Source of the DNA: Candidatus Undinarchaeota archaeon
GTDB lineage: Archaea; SpSt-1190; JASMDC01
NCBI GenBank assembly: GCA_964519305.1
Contig: CAZFHY010000012.1
Span: forward strand, 67,446 to 131,445
DNA: 64,000 nt
Direction: 5' to 3'
Part shown: one piece after another, positions 48,272 through 56,966 of the stretch
Layout of the letters: the number at the start of each line of letters is the position of its first letter
Numbering within the stretch: position 1 is the stretch's first letter
The notes under the pieces: model-generated
The model's input: only the letters and a program-made list of their open reading frames with translations
Databases searched by the model: none
What the model was told of the DNA's origin: nothing
Program-made: the position numbers and the translations under genes

Positions 48272-49703
48272 CCGCCTCCTCGTCGGCGCGCTCTGCCTAC
48301 TGCTCGCGCTCCCGCTAGCACAGGCCGGGTCCGGTGACACCTGTGGCGGGTTCAGCGAAGCGCGTGTGCTGTCCGACCACGACAGTTATGTCAATACGCT
48401 CGCGGTCGATGAGCAGTTCCTCTACTCGGGCTCCGCCGATACCACTGTGCGGGTGTGGGACCTCGAAGACGGGCTGGCGGCCTATAAGACGCTGAGGCCG
48501 GACGGCACCATAGTCAACGCGCTCCAGGCCCAGGACGGGCTGCTCATCGTGGGGACCAAGGGAGGCACGGTCACCCTGCTCGATGCCGCCCGGGGCAGCT
48601 TCCTGCCCGTAGGCGACCGGCTCTCCGTGGGAGAGGCCGTGTACGCGCTCCTTGTCCACGAGGGGCGTCTGTACGTCGGGACGTGGGGTGGAAAGCTCCT
48701 CGTGCACGGATTCCCCGGGCTGGAGAGCCTCGGCTCGATACAAGCGCACAGCGTCCCCGTGCTGGACATATTCGCGGCCAGCGGTCTCATCTACACGGCC
48801 TCGAAGGACAACACGGTCAAGGTATGGAACTCCACGACCCTGGAGCTGGTGCGCACCCTCACAGGCCATCTGGGGAACGTGTACGGCGTGGTCGTTCACG
48901 ACGGACTTGTGTACACAGGTTCCTACGAAGGGAGCATCGGTGTGTGGCGTGACGATGACGCTCCCACGGTTAAGCCTGGACCAGGCCCTCAGGTGCTCGC
49001 GCTCACGGCGGATGACCGTTACCTCTACGTGGGATATGCCAACGGTCTAGTGAGCGTGCTCGATCCCGCCACGTGGGAGGTGGTCGCAGAGCTGTCCGGC
49101 CACTACGGTGACGTCCGTGCCCTGGTCTTCGACGGACGTCGGCTCTACTCGGGTGCATGGGATAATACGGTGTTCGTGTGGCCCCTCCCTCACCAGTGTG
49201 GCGACGGTTTGTGCGGAAAATGCGAGCAGGAGTCCTGCTGCAAGGACTGCGGCTGCGCTGGTGGTCTGCATTGTAGCAGGGATGTATGCTGCCCCCGGGG
49301 CCTACAATGTTGTGCTGATCACGCTGATTGTGGGATGTACGAGTTCTGTGGTCCGGCCAACGCATGCATCGCCAAGGATGACAATGGCGCCGCATGTGCC
49401 AGCGATGTAGCGTGCCGGTCGGGCTCCTGCTCCCATGGCAGGTGCTGCCCCGCGGGGACGGTGCGCAGGGAGAGTACTTGCGCTCCGCCCGCATCGATCG
49501 GTGGTAGGTGCACAACTGACTTCCATTGCGCGGACAGCAGCTGCTCCTTCGGCCGATGCTGTCCTGCGGGTACATGGTGGGGCCCGCTCGGCTGTCGGAC
49601 CGATTACCCCGTCGTATGCAGCGTCATCCTAGGCCTGTTCATGCTCGGACTGGCCATCGTATGGGACCGGGTGGGACTGTTCGACTGGACGGGGCCCGTA
49701 TGA
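48258..49703 (+). CDS. Secreted, membrane-anchored WD40 beta-propeller protein with a Cys-rich stalk
   Basis: Signal peptide; seven WD repeats (SGSADTTVRVWD, TASKDNTVKVWN, SGAWDNTVFVW); Cys modules; C-terminal TM. Confidence 0.85.
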   Translation: MAAADRLLVGALCLLLALPLAQAGSGDTCGGFSEARVLSDHDSYVNTLAVDEQFLYSGSADTTVRVWDLEDGLAAYKTLRPDGTIVNALQAQDGLLIVGTKGGTVTLLDAARGSFLPVGDRLSVGEAVYALLVHEGRLYVGTWGGKLLVHGFPGLESLGSIQAHSVPVLDIFAASGLIYTASKDNTVKVWNSTTLELVRTLTGHLGNVYGVVVHDGLVYTGSYEGSIGVWRDDDAPTVKPGPGPQVLALTADDRYLYVGYANGLVSVLDPATWEVVAELSGHYGDVRALVFDGRRLYSGAWDNTVFVWPLPHQCGDGLCGKCEQESCCKDCGCAGGLHCSRDVCCPRGLQCCADHADCGMYEFCGPANACIAKDDNGAACASDVACRSGSCSHGRCCPAGTVRRESTCAPPASIGGRCTTDFHCADSSCSFGRCCPAGTWWGPLGCRTDYPVVCSVILGLFMLGLAIVWDRVGLFDWTGPV

Positions 49704-50069
49704 TCACTCGAAGGTGACCTGCACCATCCCTCCGAGACGTCGACATCGCTCAACACCGGAGGCCACTTCCCCGAGCGGTGCGAATCCCGAACTATGGTAG
49801 AGTTCGATGATGCATTCAAGGCGCTCGGGTTCGATGAGCGAGGTGGTGGATACAGAACCCTTTGTCACGCTTGAACCATGGAGGTACTCAAGGAGAGCGC
49901 TCACGCGCTTGTCCTCGAGCACGAAATAGAACGATTCGTCCACATTGAGCTCGACCACATCGCTTTCCAGCAGCACAAGACCCTCTTCGGGACGACTGCC
50001 ACAGACCCGTGAATCATCATCTGCGATGCCTTCGTTCGGCCTCCAGAAACCGACGACGAGGCATGGCAT
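49704..50069 (-). CDS. Hypothetical protein
   Basis: ORF downstream of rpo6 on the same strand. Confidence 0.55.
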   Translation of the reverse strand: MPCLVVGFWRPNEGIADDDSRVCGSRPEEGLVLLESDVVELNVDESFYFVLEDKRVSALLEYLHGSSVTKGSVSTTSLIEPERLECIIELYHSSGFAPLGEVASGVERCRRLGGMVQVTFE

Positions 50070-50089
50070 AAAAACACTACCAGAGGTTC

Positions 50090-50317
50090 CTATTCGATGG
50101 CCGTGTTCGGATCGACGCGCACCATAGTCCCGGCCACGTTGCGGATGATCTCCACAGGTATACGGCCTTCTTTGAACTCGATCTTCGCGATCTCGATAGG
50201 ATCCATCATTCCCTCGGGGGCTTCGACGGTCATCGGGGAACCATATGCTATCTGAAGAGCACGCGCCCCGATGATACGCGCCTTCTCGAACCGTGTTAGC
50301 CTGTTATCCGCCCACAT
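50090..50317 (-). CDS. rpo6: RNA polymerase subunit Rpo6/K
   Basis: LTRFEKARIIGARALQIA and DPIEIAKIE motifs. Confidence 0.95.
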   Translation of the reverse strand: MWADNRLTRFEKARIIGARALQIAYGSPMTVEAPEGMMDPIEIAKIEFKEGRIPVEIIRNVAGTMVRVDPNTAIE

Positions 50318-50394
50318 GATTCACTCACCCAGGAGGGAGTTGACAGGATCATCCATTTAAATAAGTATTGGGCAATGCGCCTCCGGAACGCAGT

Positions 50395-51246
50395 ATGAAG
50401 CCGGTTTTCCTCTCAACTACGTGTCTAGGTGGCGGCACCTCGGCATCAGAGGTGCTGCAAAAGCTCGCCGATGGCGGTTTCACTCGCCTCGAGATGGGCT
50501 CCTCACATCGTTATGAGCGTGACCTCGTACCCACCATCGCAAGAGAGGCAAAGGAACGCGGTCTGACGCTACTCACCCATAATTACTTCCCACCGTGCAA
50601 GGACCCGTTCATGCTCAATCCCGCGGCAGGCGATGAGACTTTCCTAGAGCGCTCTCGTGCATTCATGCTAGAGGCCATCGATGTCGCGGCCATCCTGGGA
50701 AGCCCTGTGTACGGTTTCCATCCGGGTTTCCGCCTTGAGAGATCGCTCGGTTTCGGCCATGTCCTCGAAAGCGCCTCCCATCTCACCGATTCCGATGATA
50801 CATACGAGCGTGCGGTCCGTTCAGCAGGTCTTTTCGTCGACCGCGGACGCGAAGCAGGCGTCAAGGTCCTTGTTGAGAACCTCGAGAACAAGAACGAGGC
50901 GTACATCCTCCGTACACCTGATGAGCTCAAGCGTTTCGTTCGCGATGTCGGAGGGGGCCTTGGCATCCTCCTAGACATCGGTCACCTCCGTATAGCGGCA
51001 CGGAAGCACAGCTTCGATCCCGGTAGTTTCGTGGACATATTCGCCCCGCTCGTGGGTGAGATCCATGTGAACTCCAACGATGGCGTCATGGACACGCACG
51101 AACCTCTCGGGCCGAGCGACGTCGGTGAGCTCGAGCTGGTCCGTCGCGTCGAGGGCGATGTGCCCATTGTGTTGGAGGTCACGAGCACGGACCTAGAAGT
51201 GCTCCGTGAGAACTTGCGGCTGGTCGAAAGGACCGTCTCCGACTAA
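50395..51246 (+). CDS. Sugar phosphate isomerase/epimerase (TIM barrel) family
   Basis: HNYFP, FHPGF, LVENL, LLDIGHL and IHVNSNDG motifs. Confidence 0.83.
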   Translation: MKPVFLSTTCLGGGTSASEVLQKLADGGFTRLEMGSSHRYERDLVPTIAREAKERGLTLLTHNYFPPCKDPFMLNPAAGDETFLERSRAFMLEAIDVAAILGSPVYGFHPGFRLERSLGFGHVLESASHLTDSDDTYERAVRSAGLFVDRGREAGVKVLVENLENKNEAYILRTPDELKRFVRDVGGGLGILLDIGHLRIAARKHSFDPGSFVDIFAPLVGEIHVNSNDGVMDTHEPLGPSDVGELELVRRVEGDVPIVLEVTSTDLEVLRENLRLVERTVSD

Positions 51247-51255
51247 GGTATCCCC

Positions 51256-51645
51256 TTAGCCCCACTGCTGCTGCTGTTGCTGCTGTGGGTATCCCTGCTG
51301 GCCGTAGCCGCCCTGTTGTTGCTGCGGGTATCCCTGCTGGCCATAACCCTGCTGCTGGCCTTGCTGCTGGCCCTGTTGCGGGCCCCACTGCTGTTGCTGC
51401 TGGCCCCACTGCTGTGGCATCTGCGGCTGGTCGGTGGTGTCGGGGGCCTTGGGCATCTTCTTCTTCTTCCCTTTCAGGGCGAGCATGATGTAACCGATTA
51501 GTCCGACGAACGCGAAGAAGAACATACCGGCGCATGCCATAAAGAGCTTACCCTCAGGCGTGGAGGTGAGTCCCGCTAACAGGCCCTCCTCCTCGGCGAT
51601 CGCCACCGTCATGAGTATGACGGCGACAAGATAGCCCCTAAGCAT
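51256..51645 (-). CDS. Small membrane protein with a Gln/Gly/Tyr-rich cytoplasmic tail
   Basis: Signal-like N-terminus, TM, KKKK stop-transfer and QQQGYGQQGYPQQQQ repeats. Confidence 0.72.
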   Translation of the reverse strand: MLRGYLVAVILMTVAIAEEEGLLAGLTSTPEGKLFMACAGMFFFAFVGLIGYIMLALKGKKKKMPKAPDTTDQPQMPQQWGQQQQQWGPQQGQQQGQQQGYGQQGYPQQQQGGYGQQGYPQQQQQQQWG

Positions 51646-51700
51646 AGCTTGTCAACCACTCCCATGTTATTTATATTTTCATCCAAGGAGCGTTGACGGT

Positions 51701-52573
51701 TCAGCTCACCCGAGCGATCACCGCGGCGTGGTCCTTCTCAAAGGGCATCAAGTGCTTCGTTTCCGCAATGGCGATCCCTGCGCGTTTCAGTATCCCCATC
51801 TGGCTAGCAAATACCTTTGAAGGATGTTGCGAGACGTCCACAGACCGCGCCTTTATCATAAGCACGAGGGTCCCCTCGGGCATGAATGCACGGATGTTCG
51901 CGACAGCGATGTCAGCCTGGTCGGGCTGGGCCACGTCCTGGTACACCACGTCCACCTGTCCCACCAGATCGGAATAGTCCGCCGGTTTCCTGGCGTCCGC
52001 AAGGATGGGGATGATGTTGGGGCGCCGCTCCGCTAGCCGGAACAGGTCGCGCATGGAGCGCGGAGCGAACTCAACTGCGTACACCACACCTCGTGTGACT
52101 ATATCACTTATGTGGGATACGGTGGTCCCGGAGGCCGCTCCGAGGTAGAGCACCCGCGAGTCGCGTTTGAAGGGAATGGATGCACATCCTTTTAGGATGG
52201 TCGCCGAGAACTTGGACCGGAAGGGGTCCCAGACACGCAGCTCGTCGTCGCCGTGCGTGATCAGCCGTTCGTCGTAGACGCGTGAACCGGGGATGAGGTT
52301 CTTGGTGGCCGGACGGACGCGCGTGCCCTCCCGTACCTTGAACATGTTGGGCCCTAGTGGTTCGACGTTCTTGCCCGGGGTCATCGTGAGCCCCGGAGGG
52401 TGTCTATCGAACTGACGAGGTCGGTCGCGCTGTTGACGATATGGCCTGTCTCGCTGCTGTGGCCGGCCACCGCGTCCGCGGTCGCGTCCACGGTCGCGTC
52501 CACGACCCCAGTCGCGGTCACGGTCCCGACCTCCGGACTTACCGAAGTTGCGTCGCGGTCTGTCGTTTCCCAT
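51701..52573 (-). CDS. flpA: Fibrillarin-like rRNA/tRNA 2'-O-methyltransferase with an RG-rich N-terminal extension
   Basis: WDPFRSK, VLYLGAASGTTVSH, YQDVAQPDQ and IKARSVD motifs. Confidence 0.95.
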   Translation of the reverse strand: MGNDRPRRNFGKSGGRDRDRDWGRGRDRGRDRGRGGRPQQRDRPYRQQRDRPRQFDRHPPGLTMTPGKNVEPLGPNMFKVREGTRVRPATKNLIPGSRVYDERLITHGDDELRVWDPFRSKFSATILKGCASIPFKRDSRVLYLGAASGTTVSHISDIVTRGVVYAVEFAPRSMRDLFRLAERRPNIIPILADARKPADYSDLVGQVDVVYQDVAQPDQADIAVANIRAFMPEGTLVLMIKARSVDVSQHPSKVFASQMGILKRAGIAIAETKHLMPFEKDHAAVIARVS

Positions 52574-53664
52574 CAGGCACCACCTCCTTGGGCCTTACCC
52601 TGTGCTTTGATACGCTCGACCTTCTCATCGAGGGCGGTCTTGAGCTCTTCACCGTGGTCCTCGTGCGAGTAGAAGTCCATCTTAGCTGCAAGTGATATCT
52701 TGGCTGCCAGTGCACGCGCCACCTTTCCACGAAGCTTGGGAGGGGCGTGTCCTATGGCAGGGTGCTGGAATATGACACCGTGCTTGGGGGATGGGCTCCC
52801 CTTGGCCAGGTGCTTGAACAGCGCTCGCTCGGCTCCAAGTATCTGGACCGTTGACGAGGGCATGCGGGCTAACCTCTCGAGACCTCCGGATATCGAGATT
52901 ATCCGTGCACCGAGGTTCGCTCCAGCCACGGTCCTTACGTTCGGGGCCAGCTCGGTCATGAGCGCATCGAGGTAATTCCCGATGGCATCACGCTGGGTGT
53001 ACAATTCACGGAGGGATGCGGCGAATCCGGACACGGCCGTGACATCCGCTTCGGCGAGCTTGATTCCAAGTGAACGGCCAGCGTACTCTACGATCGTGGG
53101 ATCGCCCGAGCTCTGTGCCACGACATCACGTTCACCGGCGAGCACGAGCGAAACGAACCGCTCGTGATCAGTCACTTCCTGATCGAGCTCGGGGAAGTGG
53201 ACGCCGTACCACTCCCTTATTCGCTCGGAAAGGAGGTTAAGGGACTTGTCCAGCACATCGAGGGCTTCGATGGCGTTCGTGGCGAGCCGGTCCCGGCCGA
53301 CACCCTCGTGCATGGCGAACCGCACCAGGTTCAGGGCCACAGCGTTCTTGAAGGCAATGATGTCATCCACATCCCCGGATCGGACCAGTTCGGCCTCGTT
53401 CTTGAAGATGTATCTGGTTGCAGGGTTCGGGCGTTCTATTTGATACCCCTCTTTCTTGGTGTCGAAATACAATTCCTCGCCCTTCTTGGGCTTGACCTTC
53501 TTGAGAAGGGCCTTCTCCTCCTCCACCAGCTCGCCTGAAGCGATGCTGTGAAGGCGGTCGGCCACTTCCGAGGGATCACGTGTGAAGGGGATGTGAGCAC
53601 GGAGCTTTCCCCCCTCGTCCACCGCATAGACCCCAAGGATGTTCCTGCTAACGTAGATGACCAT
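52573..53664 (-). CDS. nop5: C/D box sRNP protein Nop5 (Nop56/58)
   Basis: REWYGVHFPEL, PSSTVQILGAE and PKHGVIFQHP motifs. Confidence 0.95.
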   Translation of the reverse strand: MVIYVSRNILGVYAVDEGGKLRAHIPFTRDPSEVADRLHSIASGELVEEEKALLKKVKPKKGEELYFDTKKEGYQIERPNPATRYIFKNEAELVRSGDVDDIIAFKNAVALNLVRFAMHEGVGRDRLATNAIEALDVLDKSLNLLSERIREWYGVHFPELDQEVTDHERFVSLVLAGERDVVAQSSGDPTIVEYAGRSLGIKLAEADVTAVSGFAASLRELYTQRDAIGNYLDALMTELAPNVRTVAGANLGARIISISGGLERLARMPSSTVQILGAERALFKHLAKGSPSPKHGVIFQHPAIGHAPPKLRGKVARALAAKISLAAKMDFYSHEDHGEELKTALDEKVERIKAQGKAQGGGA

Positions 53665-53751
53665 ATGCTCGCCGTCCGTTGGTCCGCACCATACCTTGAA
53701 AAAGGTTGCGACGGAGTTGACTACCGATTATCTATCTTGGAGGATACCATA

Positions 53752-54003
53752 ATGGATGACCGGACATTGATCAAGATCACTTTAGTTATGAGCGTTCTGG
53801 CGCTCCTCGTAAGTGGATTCGCGGTGAAGGAACTCAAAGCTTCCGAGGGGGAAGATATCCTGAGCTTGACCCCGCCTTCGAACGCACGATCCAATTGCCT
53901 TGAAATGTGCCCTACCTGCGGGACTAGAGATGAGGCGTGCTGCAAACAGACTCCAAGTTGTTTTTGGGGCCACATATCCGGTTCGATTTGTATTAAGAGC
54001 TGA
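53752..54003 (+). CDS. Small secreted or membrane Cys-rich peptide
   Basis: GGAGG RBS; N-terminal hydrophobic helix; 7 Cys in the C-terminal half; lower GC. Confidence 0.55.
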   Translation: MDDRTLIKITLVMSVLALLVSGFAVKELKASEGEDILSLTPPSNARSNCLEMCPTCGTRDEACCKQTPSCFWGHISGSICIKS

Positions 54004-54113
54004 CGTTAATACAAACACCCGCGTCTAGCATCCACAACGACCGGATCTGACGAGGATCCATTCTTCAGTACATGGTTAGATCCACTTACAGATAGTCCTC
54101 AATGCCCACCCCA

Positions 54114-54220
54114 GCCCTGGCTCAGTGGGATTGTGCTCAGGTCGAACCGTAGAGGCGGATCCGAAGGGGACATCGCCCCCGTATTCAACCGATCCCTTTC
54201 ACTCTAACGGTCCCACGGGC
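54114..54220 (-). ncRNA. Candidate structured RNA (nested five-helix hairpin)
   Basis: Nested complementary segments GCCC/GGGC, GTGGGA/TCCCAC, CCGT(T)AGAG/CTCTACGG, GGATC/GATCC and GGGGGC/GTCCCC; TTTAAA at 54235-54240. Confidence 0.4.
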
Positions 54221-54264
54221 CGACACGCGACAGCTTTAAATGGTAAGTCGTCCACCTATCGGAC

Positions 54265-56217
54265 GTGCTCTTGGCAGTACCCCCTTATCGGACGGTACTT
54301 ATCGTCCTGATATCGCTCATTCTCCTGTCCGCACCGGGAACTGCCATCACCGCCCAGCTCTCGATCGGACTGACAGGTACGTCCGGTAATGACCTTCACC
54401 ATCTTAACACACCCGGCGGAGTGCACTCCGCGGCAATGAAGACATACATCGCCGACACGCTCAACCACAGGGTCATGGTGTTCGACTCCATGGGCAATCA
54501 CGTGCTCGATATCGGTACAGGGATCCCGGGTAACGGAAAGGAAGAGCTTAACGAACCCGCGGACGTGTTCGTCAGCAACGACCGGATCTACGTGACGGAC
54601 ACAGGGAACCATCGCATCATGGTGTACAGCCTTACCGGATTGCAGACCGCTTCCTTCGGCTTCGGGCTGCCAGGTGCTGGCCCTGACAACTTCAACGCTC
54701 CGAACGGATTGTCCGTGGCAGGCGATCGTGTATACGTCGCCGATACCGGGAACCACCGCGTCGTCGTGCTCACCCTAGACGGGCGTCGCATCTCCCAGAT
54801 CGGGAACGGTGAGGCGGGTGGCGGCGAGCTCCAGTTCGACCGGCCCTCGCGGATCGCTACAGATGCTGAACGCGTGTACATCACTGATGTCGGCAACAAC
54901 CGTGTCGTCGTGTTCAACCATCGAGGGGAGTATGTGACACAGATCGGTACCGGGGAGGCCGGTGCCGGGAACGATCAGCTCGACTCCCCCCGGGGAGTGG
55001 ACGTGTACGGTGATCGTGTCTATGTGGCAGACACCGGTAACAACCGTATCCAGGTATTCGATATCAACGGGACCCAGATAACGACCTACATCGGTGGTGC
55101 GAACACCGACGGGGTCAACATCGCCTCACCAAGAGACGTCACGGCCACCGAAACGACCATAGCCTTGGCGGACACGTCCAACCACCGTGTGCTCATCCTC
55201 GACACGGTCGTCGAGAGCGCACCGGCCGCGACCGTGGTCCCTGAGATCGTGAACGTAACGATCCCGGTGGAAGAGAGTGCGGGTGACGATAACGTAACTA
55301 CGACCCCCTCCACCAGCAACGTGGGAATGGGTGAGTACGGCTTCATCCTCATGGGACTGGCCGCGACCGCGGGGATCATCATCCTTGTCCTCGCTCTGAC
55401 CATCTACCAGAGGATAATGGAGGGACGTAACCTCAATCTGGTGTTCGATCTTTCCCATGGCGAGCCCGTAGAACGGATCAACACACTTGTCCCCTTCCGC
55501 CGGGAAGCTACATCAGGTAGCTTCGTTGTCCAGACCTCTACCGACTTCGGATGGTCGGTCAACAACGCTGATGTACTAGTGGTCCTGCTCCCCTCACGGC
55601 TCTTCACGGCCGACGAGGCCCGCATGATCATGCAGCAGGTGTTCGACCGTGGGATGCACCTTCTCCTACTCGGATCGAGCAGGATGGAGATGAACGCCGC
55701 GGCCATGAACTCGCTTTCCGTCGCTGCGGGGATACGCTTCATGAACGATATACTCTGCGACATCGAACTAGCGGGCAACACACCTCTTTTCACGCTCTCG
55801 CCCATGACCACCACGCTCGTTCGCCACCGCCTTACCGAAGGATTCCGTCGCATCAAGATCATCAACAGTTGTACCCTGTTCATCGAGAAGGGCAGTGGTG
55901 TTGCGTACGGCGGGCCTACTAGCTTTTCGTATGCCGATCCCTCCCGGGATCCCGATCCCTCCAACCGTCGGGGCGACACCGCGTTCATCGCGAACGTCGA
56001 CTACGGCAGGGGTAAGATCGTATGCCTGGGCGATGCACGGCTCATCTCTTCGGAAGCACCCTACGAGCACGAGGTCTTCATCAGGAACCTGATAGCTTGG
56101 CTGAAGAAGAAGTGGCCGATGAAGGGACGCATGCCAGTGCCTCCTAAACCGAAGGAAGAGTCTTCCGAAGAAGGAGCGGAAGGGGCGTCCCCCCAAGGCG
56201 GGACGCCCACGTCCTGA
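54265..56217 (+). CDS. Single-pass membrane protein: extracellular NHL beta-propeller plus cytoplasmic GldG/DUF4350/IFT52-like domain
   Basis: Six P..V....YVADTGNHR NHL repeats; TM at about residues 360-382; VFDLSHGE, DVLVVLLP...FTADE and GRGKIVCLGD motifs. Confidence 0.82.
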   Translation: MLLAVPPYRTVLIVLISLILLSAPGTAITAQLSIGLTGTSGNDLHHLNTPGGVHSAAMKTYIADTLNHRVMVFDSMGNHVLDIGTGIPGNGKEELNEPADVFVSNDRIYVTDTGNHRIMVYSLTGLQTASFGFGLPGAGPDNFNAPNGLSVAGDRVYVADTGNHRVVVLTLDGRRISQIGNGEAGGGELQFDRPSRIATDAERVYITDVGNNRVVVFNHRGEYVTQIGTGEAGAGNDQLDSPRGVDVYGDRVYVADTGNNRIQVFDINGTQITTYIGGANTDGVNIASPRDVTATETTIALADTSNHRVLILDTVVESAPAATVVPEIVNVTIPVEESAGDDNVTTTPSTSNVGMGEYGFILMGLAATAGIIILVLALTIYQRIMEGRNLNLVFDLSHGEPVERINTLVPFRREATSGSFVVQTSTDFGWSVNNADVLVVLLPSRLFTADEARMIMQQVFDRGMHLLLLGSSRMEMNAAAMNSLSVAAGIRFMNDILCDIELAGNTPLFTLSPMTTTLVRHRLTEGFRRIKIINSCTLFIEKGSGVAYGGPTSFSYADPSRDPDPSNRRGDTAFIANVDYGRGKIVCLGDARLISSEAPYEHEVFIRNLIAWLKKKWPMKGRMPVPPKPKEESSEEGAEGASPQGGTPTS

Positions 56218-56232
56218 TAATTTGACCGGTCG

Positions 56233-56790
56233 CTATTCCTCAGGACCGAATAGGCCCTCAAGTACGCGTTGAGCCATCTCTAGAGTGCCCTCGGTGAGGA
56301 TAGCCCCTGAATGCTCCAGGGATGCTTCGCGGTACTCGTCTCGCTGGCTCGCCCGGCCGCTGGGGTATACTCCGGTCGAACCGGGTATTAGTCCGAGCGT
56401 CTCGGCGCCGCGACGTGTCTCATCGGCAATGAAGTCCGTCAGTTCCTCGTCGCTCAGGGTGCTAAGATAGCCATCGATGAGCGAGATGGAGTGCTCGGGA
56501 CCTATCTCGTCGGTGAGCTTGCGCAGGTACGCCTCTCGAACATAGCCAGGTGACTCCATACCGTGTGCGAACACATCGGCCTCGAACGTCTCCAGGTTAT
56601 CGCGGTAGACGCTCTTGGTCGGCTCGCTCCAGTTGAGCATCTCAAGGCTGTCGTGGTAATGGTCCACGCGCGACGTGGCCTTTACCAGTTCGTCGGTGTT
56701 CCAGGTATCGACCTCATTGACGTCGTACCGGACATCGTGCATATAGGAGAGCCAGTTGACCTCTTCGTTAAGTTCTTCGATTTCGTACAT
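56233..56790 (-). CDS. Acidic hypothetical protein
   Basis: GAGGGA RBS; upstream region holds both promoter motifs seen at the leader/domain-X loci. Confidence 0.7.
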   Translation of the reverse strand: MYEIEELNEEVNWLSYMHDVRYDVNEVDTWNTDELVKATSRVDHYHDSLEMLNWSEPTKSVYRDNLETFEADVFAHGMESPGYVREAYLRKLTDEIGPEHSISLIDGYLSTLSDEELTDFIADETRRGAETLGLIPGSTGVYPSGRASQRDEYREASLEHSGAILTEGTLEMAQRVLEGLFGPEE

Positions 56791-56966
56791 TTTGAATCCC
56801 TCTTGATCAGTATGGGCGAGTTCTGCAGGCCCAACCCATATAAAAGGGTTTTGGTTAATAAGGCTTAATAAGGATTATCCGGCCGTAATAATTGCTAAAT
56901 CGGAAGAATCGCGCGTTTTCACTCCGTGGAAGGCCGGAACGTGAGTCGTCACTCCTAGTGACGACA

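Noticed and set aside
48258-49703. WD40 gene overlapping the Sec23/24-like gene as a Sec13/31-like COPII partner
   Set aside because: It has a signal peptide, a disulfide-type stalk and a C-terminal TM, so the propeller would be extracellular, not a cytosolic coat.
54043-54060. CTGACGA as a hammerhead ribozyme core
   Set aside because: No stem II followed by GAAA and no stem III/cleavage triplet could be built.
54114-54220. SRP RNA, RNase P RNA, 5S rRNA or tRNA identity for the structured element
   Set aside because: The SRP helix-8 motif, GAGGAAAGUCC, 5S conserved loops and cloverleaf/TTCRA arm in the right context are all absent.
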